From the NCBI RefSeq assembly GCF_024700885.2, contig NZ_CP117016.1: a DNA stretch of 64,000 bases, one strand, 5' to 3'. The position numbers and the translations under genes were made by a program. Of the stretch, positions 44,401 through 51,624 are shown one piece after another; position 1 is the stretch's first letter; the number at the start of each line of letters is the position of its first letter. Source of the DNA: Escherichia coli. GTDB lineage: Bacteria > Pseudomonadota > Gammaproteobacteria > Enterobacterales > Enterobacteriaceae. The notes under the pieces are model-generated. The model saw only the letters and a program-made list of their open reading frames with translations, was not told where the DNA came from and ran no database searches.

Positions 44401-44790
44401 ATGATTGACGCTCATGACTTCACAAGATGGGTGCGCACACAGGACACCCGTCTGGCTCCCATTCTTCGGGGATTATTTGATCTCTACATTCGTGGTCGTG
44501 ACAACAGAGCACGCACCACAAAACCGGAGAATGTGGATACCCTTTATTTCACAGTAGACGACTGCTACCGCGTGGACTTCACACCACACGGACTGGCGTT
44601 GCACTGCCTGACACCGCACGGCGAATCACTGCTGGCGTATTACGACTCCCCGGCCTCCGTATTTGCGGCAATGCTGGCGCATCGCACTGCTGGCGGGTGT
44701 GCCTCGCTGAGTGAATACACCGCTGAGTTTAACCGCCTTTCCGCCCTCTTCTCGCAGGAGTGGCAGCGCGTGACGGGATACCAGCCATGA
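44401..44790 (+). CDS. hypothetical phage early protein (P2 B-gene position)
   Basis: 129-aa ORF immediately upstream of and overlapping the A gene start. Confidence 0.5.
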   Translation: MIDAHDFTRWVRTQDTRLAPILRGLFDLYIRGRDNRARTTKPENVDTLYFTVDDCYRVDFTPHGLALHCLTPHGESLLAYYDSPASVFAAMLAHRTAGGCASLSEYTAEFNRLSALFSQEWQRVTGYQP

Positions 44791-47627
44791 GTGAGTTTGC
44801 ATGGAGCTGGAATGAACCACGGCCAGCCATTGATCCGGCCAGATTTACGGAGCGCAGGCAGGAAACTGAAACCGACCTGCAACGCGCCATCCGTTACTAC
44901 CTTGAGGCAGACAAAAAGGCCCAAGAAGAACAGGAAGCGAAAGAGGAAGCCTTTTTCGCACAATCCGCCATGGGTAAAAAACTCATGGCATCCCTTGAGG
45001 AAGCCGGACAGCGTGAAAAGCTGGCACAAAGCATCATCAGTAAGCGCCGGGCAACAGAACAAGACCCGGTGGCCCGTGCCTTTGCCACACTGAAGGTGCT
45101 TCCCGTTTATCTGCGAGAACCCCTGAGCCGCCACCTCTCTTTCCTGCGCAAAAAACAGGAAGCCGATCGCCGGAAAGGCAAAAAGAGCTGGCAGGCGGAA
45201 CGCTATGCACGCGGAACCCTGCGCAAAATATTCGAACGTCTGGATCGCACTGACGGACGCTGGCTGACACAGGGTTATCGCTCCATTGCCGGACGCGAAC
45301 GCCTGGACGATTTGCTTTACCTGCCGCAGCTCAACAAACACCAGGTACAGACACTGGCCACCATGACGGCAGCAATGTTCAGTAGCACATTCGAAAAACT
45401 CTGCGATGGCTTTGGCGCGACCGATGGTGAGCTGACCATGGATGTAACGCTGAAGGCGTATCAGATGCTGGCCCGCATGGCGTTACATCTGCACGCCATG
45501 CCTCCACATTATGACGCACTGACAACAGATAGAGATCGGAGGAACGAACCGGACACAGAGCTGCTGCCAGGCGCAATCCTTCGCCTGACCTGTGCTGAAT
45601 GGTGGAAACGCAAACTGTGGCTATTACGTTGCGAGTGGAGAGAAGAACAACTCCGCGCCGCCTGTCTGGTTTCCAGAAAAACATCGCCCTATCTGAGCCA
45701 GGACGCGTTAAGCGAGTTTCGCGCACAGCGCGAGAAAACACGCGATTTCCTGAAAGGTTTCATGCTGGAAAACGAAGACGGGTTCACGATTGATCTCGAG
45801 ACAGTGTATTACGCGGGAGTAAGTAACCCGGTTCACCGTAAGGCAGAAATGATGGCCACCATGAAGGGGCTGGAACTTCTGGCCGAGGCCCGTGGTGACA
45901 AAGCGGTGTTTCTGACTGTCACCTGCCCGTCAAAATACCACGCCACAACAGAGAACGGTCATCCGAATCCCAAATGGAACGGGGCCACCATGCGCGACTC
46001 CAGCGATTACCTGGTTAACACGTTTTTTGCGGCGGTCCGCAAAAAACTGAACCGCGACGGTCTGCGCTGGTATGGCATCCGCACGGTGGAGCCTCACCAT
46101 GACGGCACCGTGCACTGGCATATGATGGTCTTTGCTCATCCGGAAGAAATCGACAGCATCGTGGCCATCACCCGCGATATTGCCATTCAGGAAGACCGCC
46201 ACGAGCTGGGCAATGATATTACTCCGCGCTTTAAGGTGGAGTATGTCGACGGCTCAAAAGGCACACCAACCAGCTATATCGCGACCTACATCGGAAAAAA
46301 CCTGGACAGCCGCGCCGTGGATGGCATCGACCCGAAAACGGGCAAACCACGCGTTGACCACGAAACAGGTAAATCAATGGCCGAGAGCGTGGAGCGCGCC
46401 ATCGGCTGGGCGCGCCTTCACCGGGTCCGCCAGTTCCAGTTCTTTGGCATCCCCTCCCGTCAGGTGTGGCGTGAACTGCGCCGCCTTGCCAGCCAGATGG
46501 CACGCAACCCGGAAGGCCCGCAACGGCTGAAGGATGACGCAATGGATGCGGTACTCGCTGCCGCTGATGCCGGGTGTTTTGCCTCCTACATTGAAAAACA
46601 GGGTGGCGTACTTGTTCCACGCAAGGACTACCTGATTCGCACCGCCTACGACCTCGCAGATGAGCTGAACGATTACGGCGAACAGAGCGTACAGATTTAC
46701 GGGATCTGGTCACCACTCATCGGGGAATCCTCCCGTGTGTGCACGCACCCGGATAACTGGAAGCTGGTAAGACGTAAACCGGAAGCGGAAGACAGCACCC
46801 GCGAAAATGATTTTGACCTTCAGGGCGGCCCTGCCGCCCCTTGGACTCGTGGCAATAACTGTCCCCGTGTACAGGAAACAGACAACAACGGGACAGAACA
46901 GCCGGAAGAACGGCCAGCACCGTGGCCGCAGCTCCCTGACGGCGTTGAAGTGAACGAATGGATGCATTCACTGAAACGGCACGAACGCCGGGCGCTGATG
47001 CGTTCGCTTCGTGACAAACAGGCAAAAAACAGCAGCGATGAAATGCAGAACTGGACACAGAGCCGCAAACAGCCACAGCCTTTACCTGATAACCACGAGT
47101 TACTCGCTAAAGAATGGCGGGAGTCTGCTGAATCTCTCGGCCTGCATATTGGTGAACAGCAGATGCAGCACCTGTTACGGGGCGGCAGTCTGTACGTTGA
47201 CGGCAGCATCATTGCACCGCAGGGATTTGAAATTGTACGCAAACCGGATACCCGCCCGGACAGCCGAATCACGCAGCTCTGGCAACGCCTGAGCCGTAAT
47301 CACGGCGTAAGCAGCACGGAGATCCGCCATAACCCGGTCGCCAGCTATCTGGAACAGCTGGGGGCATCAGACCCTGAAGCCGCCGCACGCCTGGCATCCA
47401 CACTTCAGCAAGACCAGAACACCATGAAAACCCCCGTTACCGTGCTTTCTGACATGCTGCGCGCCATCCGTGACGCAGAGCACGCACAGAGAATCAGTGA
47501 AACCACTGAACGCGCCCACCGCAAAGCAGACCTGCTGCGGGGTAGCCTGACCAGTGGAAACAAAAAACAGACAGAAACGGGACTCACAAATCCCGTAAAT
47601 GAGCAAAAAACGTGCCGCGATATATGA
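44787..47627 (+). CDS. P2 gpA-type rolling-circle replication initiator with long C-terminal extension
   Basis: 946 aa from MSEFAWSWNEP; HUH-type motif VHWHMMVFAH and downstream Tyr-containing region (YIATYIGKN) typical of P2/186 A proteins; last 200 aa or so is low-complexity. Confidence 0.8.
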   Translation: MSEFAWSWNEPRPAIDPARFTERRQETETDLQRAIRYYLEADKKAQEEQEAKEEAFFAQSAMGKKLMASLEEAGQREKLAQSIISKRRATEQDPVARAFATLKVLPVYLREPLSRHLSFLRKKQEADRRKGKKSWQAERYARGTLRKIFERLDRTDGRWLTQGYRSIAGRERLDDLLYLPQLNKHQVQTLATMTAAMFSSTFEKLCDGFGATDGELTMDVTLKAYQMLARMALHLHAMPPHYDALTTDRDRRNEPDTELLPGAILRLTCAEWWKRKLWLLRCEWREEQLRAACLVSRKTSPYLSQDALSEFRAQREKTRDFLKGFMLENEDGFTIDLETVYYAGVSNPVHRKAEMMATMKGLELLAEARGDKAVFLTVTCPSKYHATTENGHPNPKWNGATMRDSSDYLVNTFFAAVRKKLNRDGLRWYGIRTVEPHHDGTVHWHMMVFAHPEEIDSIVAITRDIAIQEDRHELGNDITPRFKVEYVDGSKGTPTSYIATYIGKNLDSRAVDGIDPKTGKPRVDHETGKSMAESVERAIGWARLHRVRQFQFFGIPSRQVWRELRRLASQMARNPEGPQRLKDDAMDAVLAAADAGCFASYIEKQGGVLVPRKDYLIRTAYDLADELNDYGEQSVQIYGIWSPLIGESSRVCTHPDNWKLVRRKPEAEDSTRENDFDLQGGPAAPWTRGNNCPRVQETDNNGTEQPEERPAPWPQLPDGVEVNEWMHSLKRHERRALMRSLRDKQAKNSSDEMQNWTQSRKQPQPLPDNHELLAKEWRESAESLGLHIGEQQMQHLLRGGSLYVDGSIIAPQGFEIVRKPDTRPDSRITQLWQRLSRNHGVSSTEIRHNPVASYLEQLGASDPEAAARLASTLQQDQNTMKTPVTVLSDMLRAIRDAEHAQRISETTERAHRKADLLRGSLTSGNKKQTETGLTNPVNEQKTCRDI

Positions 47628-47703
47628 AGCACGCACAAAACAGGCAAAAGAGGGATTTCAGAATCCCGTAAACGGTTAATTAATCAACATAAGGAAAATC
47701 GAC

Positions 47704-48663
47704 ATGAAAATTTGTATCGACGACGGCTCCACCAACATCAAGCTGGCATGGACTGAGAACGGCGAACGCCGCAACGCCATCAGCCCGAACAGCTTCAAGT
47801 CGGAATGGTCTGCGCCGTTCGGTGGCACGCAGCCCGCGAACTACATGCTTGATGGCGTGCGCTATGGTTTTGATCCGGTCAGCGATCGCTTTATCCAGAC
47901 GACCGACACACAATACCAGTACAGCGATGTGAATGTCATTGCCATTCATCACGCGCTGGTCAAATCAGGCATCACGCCACAGGAGGTGGATGTGGTTGTC
48001 ACCCTGCCACTGAGCGAGTATTTCGACACAAACGCACAGCCGGACATGGCCAACATCAACCGCAAAAAAGCAAACGTTATGCGCCCGGTGGAATACCAGA
48101 ACGGCGAAGCATTCACTATCCGTAATGTACGGGTTATGCCTGAATCCATTCCGGCTGGCTTTAAAGCACTGGCTGACATGAGTCCGTTTGAATCCCTGCT
48201 GATTGTGGATTTAGGTGGAACCACGCTGGATGTGGCAAAGGTTCAGGGACAACTGGCAGGTATCAGCCAGGTGTTTTGCGATCCACACGTAGGCGTTTCC
48301 CTGATGGCCGATGCAGTACTGTCGGTGATGGCCACTAACGGTATGCGTACCAGTCACCACATCGCCAATACCATTATCGAACATCGCCATGATGAAGCCT
48401 GGCTGCGCCAGCACATCCACAATGACGCGCATTACGCCAGCCTGATGGCGGTTATTCGTGAAAAGGAAGAAACACTGAAACAACGCGTGATCCGCGCGCT
48501 GGCGGGTTTTTCGGGTTACGGGCGGGTGATGGTTGTCGGTGGCGGGGCGGAGATTGTGGCACCCGCTATCCGCGAAGCCTGCGGAGTTAATGCGACTTTC
48601 ATCGCGGACGGGGTGCCACAGTTTGCTCTGGTTAATGGGCTGTACGCAATGGACAAGGAGTAA
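47704..48663 (+). CDS. ParM/StbA-like actin-type ATPase
   Basis: 319 aa; actin-fold motifs IDDGSTNIKL (phosphate 1), DLGGTTLDV (phosphate 2), VVGGGAE (adenosine); collinear over full length with recalled plasmid R1 ParM (MLVFIDDGSTNIKLQW…YSDVNVVAVHHALL…VMPESIPAGY…DLGGTTLD…GGGAEL). Confidence 0.8.
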   Translation: MKICIDDGSTNIKLAWTENGERRNAISPNSFKSEWSAPFGGTQPANYMLDGVRYGFDPVSDRFIQTTDTQYQYSDVNVIAIHHALVKSGITPQEVDVVVTLPLSEYFDTNAQPDMANINRKKANVMRPVEYQNGEAFTIRNVRVMPESIPAGFKALADMSPFESLLIVDLGGTTLDVAKVQGQLAGISQVFCDPHVGVSLMADAVLSVMATNGMRTSHHIANTIIEHRHDEAWLRQHIHNDAHYASLMAVIREKEETLKQRVIRALAGFSGYGRVMVVGGGAEIVAPAIREACGVNATFIADGVPQFALVNGLYAMDKE

Positions 48664-48667
48664 ACCA

Positions 48668-48979
48668 ATGACGACACCAACCAGGCGGATAAGTTTCTAT
48701 CTGAAGCCTGCGGCCGTCAAGAACGAAAGCGAAGCATGCGCCTGGCTGGACAGCCTTACACCGGAAGCCCGCAAAAGCGGCCAACGCGTGGCTTTTCTGG
48801 CCGGGCTGGCACTTCTGAAAATGAATCCGGCAGAGGCTTACCGACTGGCTGCATGGGCTGACGATGAGGCGTTATCAGTGACACAAACCAGGACAGAACG
48901 CCCCCTGTCACAGCCAGTACCAACCGCACAGATAACCAGTCAGATGGCCGGAAATATCAGGGCGTTATTTCCTGAATAA
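48668..48979 (+). CDS. ParR-like DNA-binding adaptor
   Basis: 103 aa from MTTPTRRISFYLKPAA...; N-terminus resembles recalled R1 ParR (RRTIAFKLNPDV…LDSIP.GERS…AALTAGLALY); starts 5 nt after the parM-like stop. Confidence 0.65.
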   Translation: MTTPTRRISFYLKPAAVKNESEACAWLDSLTPEARKSGQRVAFLAGLALLKMNPAEAYRLAAWADDEALSVTQTRTERPLSQPVPTAQITSQMAGNIRALFPE

Positions 48980-48986
48980 CACAACG

Positions 48987-49006
48987 TCAGGGCGAGTTCG
49001 CCCTGA
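48987..49006 (+). terminator. hairpin TCAGGGCGA-GT-TCGCCCTGA after the parR-like gene
   Basis: Perfect 9-bp inverted repeat; no strong T-run, so terminator function is tentative. Confidence 0.35.
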
Positions 49007-49042
49007 TCTCCATCTCAGAACATAAACAAGAAGAGCGACTTA

Positions 49043-49426
49043 ATGAGCAAAATCAACTATCAGGCATTACGTGAACGTTATTCACCTGCACCAGTACCAA
49101 AATGCCCTATTTGCTGCGAAGAAATGTCAATTCAGCGAATATCTGGAGCACAGGTTGTTTATGGCTGCTCCGGTTATGGTGATGATGGAGATTTCAAAAT
49201 TGGTCGAACTCTTGCCGACGAACATTATGAAAAATCACGCGTAACAGTGTTGGATGTCGGGGATCCTGAAGTATTGGCGCTACTTGATTGGCTGGAAACC
49301 AAAGACAACCGAATCGCTGAACTGGAAAAAATCGCCACTGACTATGCACTTAAATTCCAGAAAGCACAGGACGCATTAAAGTACGCCGCTTTGCTGCATA
49401 GCAGGTCAGCGCAGCTACAAGACTAA
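49043..49426 (+). CDS. hypothetical protein with N-terminal Cys motif (CPICC...GCSGYG) and C-terminal coiled coil
   Basis: 127-aa ORF; lower GC than the phage backbone by eye; no family recognised. Confidence 0.5.
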   Translation: MSKINYQALRERYSPAPVPKCPICCEEMSIQRISGAQVVYGCSGYGDDGDFKIGRTLADEHYEKSRVTVLDVGDPEVLALLDWLETKDNRIAELEKIATDYALKFQKAQDALKYAALLHSRSAQLQD

Positions 49427-49454
49427 CTTAAAGCGGAAGATTAATACATGGTGA

Positions 49455-49481
49455 GTCGGGGTAATTTGTTTTTATCCCGAC
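49455..49481. terminator. bidirectional terminator hairpin between convergent island genes
   Basis: GTCGGG...CCCGAC stem with a T-rich loop and flank, between the plus-strand 127-aa gene and the minus-strand membrane gene. Confidence 0.45.
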
Positions 49482-49516
49482 AAATAAACAAAAAAGTGGA
49501 CTATCTCTGTAGTATC

Positions 49517-50047
49517 TTATTCAGCATCGTCTCGTGCAGTCTGTGCATACGTCACAACAACGCCCAATGCATTAGTTTTCTTTTCAACATAGATAATATT
49601 GTCATATTCATAGTTACCATACGGATAGCAAATAAGAATATTTTTATGCAGATCGGGATCATCAACAAACGCTCCGGAACAGCTTCTTGAACTACCGGAT
49701 GTATACTCATACGGTGCAACATATGATGATGTTACTCCTGGTAAAAAATAAGTCACCATCATAAGAGGGATAATCAGGAATATCCCTGTAAGAATGCAAG
49801 AGCCAGCATAAACCTTCAGGTATTCCGACAGTCCTTTCCAGCCACTTTGCTTCACTACCCCCCTCTTCACCAGAAACAAGGAGAAGAAAAAGGACATACC
49901 CATACTACATAAGATGTAATAATTGGATATACGCGAATTAAGATATGTAATCCTGTAGATATCTGCCCTCCACCAGTAAAAGAGGAAAATAATCCCTAGC
50001 ACTGAAACAGTCATGCAAATCAAATAAGGATATGAATCTTTCTTCAT
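49517..50047 (-). CDS. hypothetical low-GC integral membrane protein (moron-like)
   Basis: 176 aa; three predicted TM segments (YLICMTVSVLGIIFLFYWW, YYILCSMGMSFFFSLFLV, CILTGIFLIIPLMMVTYFL) then a roughly 70-aa soluble C-terminal domain; markedly AT-rich compared with flanking phage DNA (by eye). Confidence 0.6.
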   Translation of the reverse strand: MKKDSYPYLICMTVSVLGIIFLFYWWRADIYRITYLNSRISNYYILCSMGMSFFFSLFLVKRGVVKQSGWKGLSEYLKVYAGSCILTGIFLIIPLMMVTYFLPGVTSSYVAPYEYTSGSSRSCSGAFVDDPDLHKNILICYPYGNYEYDNIIYVEKKTNALGVVVTYAQTARDDAE

Positions 50048-50095
50048 GTCTTGCGCTCATTAAAATTTCCCTGCTACGAACAAATTTACCATCCG

Positions 50096-50250
50096 TTTTT
50101 TGCGCAGAAAACAGCACGATGCACACTGCACGATAGTGCACAAATTTGCACAATTTTTTTGAACGACTTTTTACCCTTCCGGCCCGCATGGCGGCTGGAT
50201 CCGTCAAGGATCCGTGCGTGCACAAAAAAACGCGTTTTTTCTGCGCGCAG
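50096..50250. repeat. structured non-coding region: inverted repeats GCGCAGAAAA/TTTTCTGCGC, TGCACA iterons, GGATCCGT x2 at 11-bp spacing
   Basis: Seen directly; lies where the cos/packaging site of P2-like phages maps (between the accessory island and the portal gene). Confidence 0.5.
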
Positions 50251-50526
50251 GTGACGGGGGAACAGCCCGCGTTTCAGGGGGTAAATAGTATTCCCTGAGC
50301 GATGTCGCAGCGACATAACAGAATGGCCATATTTCTCACGCTGAGCGTGAAAAAGATGTGAGGGCTTTTGATTTGATGGGGTGAAAGGTAAGGCCGTCAA
50401 AATCGAACTGAGGCGGTGAGAACATGCAGTCAGCGCGGTGGGATTGCGTAAGAGTCTGACCGTCGATGATGGTAATAAACAGGAAAGCGTCGTGAAATTA
50501 TCTGATTGATACAGGAGCTGGAGAGT

Positions 50527-50551
50527 CGGGGCATAAATTTTTTATGCCCCG
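50527..50551. terminator. strong hairpin CGGGGCATAAA-TTT-TTTATGCCCCG downstream of the portal gene
   Basis: Perfect 11-bp inverted repeat immediately past the minus-strand Q stop; probable terminator of the Q-P transcript. Confidence 0.55.
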
Positions 50552-50577
50552 GCGAAGCAGCGGACAAGCGAAGCGCG

Positions 50578-51624
50578 TCAGGATGTGGGCTGGGTGTCTA
50601 ACAGTGCGTAAGGGTTAAAGCGAATCACCTCTTCGCCAAGCCAGTCATTGATGTGCTTCATGGCCTCCATGACGGGCATCAGCTCGTTAATTGCGTAAAC
50701 CCGCGCGGCCTTCTCCACATCACCAAACGCACTTTTTTCGCCTGGCATCGCCCCCATCAGTTGCGGCGGAACGCGGTGCGCAGCCAGCACATCATCACGG
50801 GATGCCACCTTAACATTCATGAACTCATCCTTTGCGGTGATCTGCTGGAACGGCAAAATTTGCACCCCCTCTTTGCCACCGTTGGGCGCATGAATGAGCA
50901 CGTTTTTAAACGCACCACCACCACGTGCACCCTGTAGCGTTTCTTTCAGGGAGTCCATGCTTTCGCGGTTTACCTGCGCTGCACCGATGTAGATGATGCA
51001 CCCGGCGTGGGATCCGTTGTCGTAATACAGTTTTCTGAACATGTCCGCCGAATGAGACAGGCTGGCCGAGAGTAATGCGCCGAGATATTCCGGCATGCCG
51101 TAGATTTCCTGGTTAATGTCAGGATTCATCAGGTGGCACACTTTGCCAGGGCGAAACTGAAACGCGTCCTTGCCATCCTGCACATACCACCATGATTCAA
51201 GATCGCTTCCGCGTCGCATGTATTTCGCCAGGGCGTGCCGTAATTTAAGCGGTTCGCCGAGCATATTGCTTCGAAGCTCAAGGAATGCGTTACCGAACAC
51301 AAACCAGTCCAGCGCCAGCGCCGAGAAATCCTGCCGGGAAAGCAACGGGTGCGGGATGTAGCAACCGAGTAATACATTGCGCTTAAAGTAAAGCGCAGAC
51401 TGATGCCAGGACGTTTGCCGGGCAGCTCTTGCCAGACCGTACCAGTCCACCGGGGTTTCATACCACCGCCCGTTATCAGCACAGTACATATTGTCCAGCA
51501 GGTCATGCCCGGTCAGGCGATAAGGACCATCAAATGTGAATGCACTGAGCGATGATTCTTTCCTGAGCGCATCAGCGAGATCAATGCGTGAACTCATGCG
51601 CACTTTTTTATTTTTTCTACTCAT
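50578..51624 (-). CDS. portal protein (P2 gpQ-like)
   Basis: 348 aa; position and orientation as P2 Q; stop overlaps the terminase start. Confidence 0.8.
   Translation of the reverse strand: MSRKNKKVRMSSRIDLADALRKESSLSAFTFDGPYRLTGHDLLDNMYCADNGRWYETPVDWYGLARAARQTSWHQSALYFKRNVLLGCYIPHPLLSRQDFSALALDWFVFGNAFLELRSNMLGEPLKLRHALAKYMRRGSDLESWWYVQDGKDAFQFRPGKVCHLMNPDINQEIYGMPEYLGALLSASLSHSADMFRKLYYDNGSHAGCIIYIGAAQVNRESMDSLKETLQGARGGGAFKNVLIHAPNGGKEGVQILPFQQITAKDEFMNVKVASRDDVLAAHRVPPQLMGAMPGEKSAFGDVEKAARVYAINELMPVMEAMKHINDWLGEEVIRFNPYALLDTQPTS

Noticed and set aside
45930-47292. Stack of minus-strand ORFs (46231-46716, 46717-47076, 46820-47272) and short plus-strand ORFs inside replication gene A
   Set aside because: Embedded in and antisense or out-of-frame to the A gene; Arg/Cys/Pro-rich products; artefacts of GC-rich coding sequence.
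50051-50400. ORFs 50051-50254 (+) and 50086-50400 (-) in the region upstream of the portal
   Set aside because: They overlap each other on opposite strands within a repeat-rich non-coding region (putative cos), have no ribosome-binding sites, and have basic low-complexity products.
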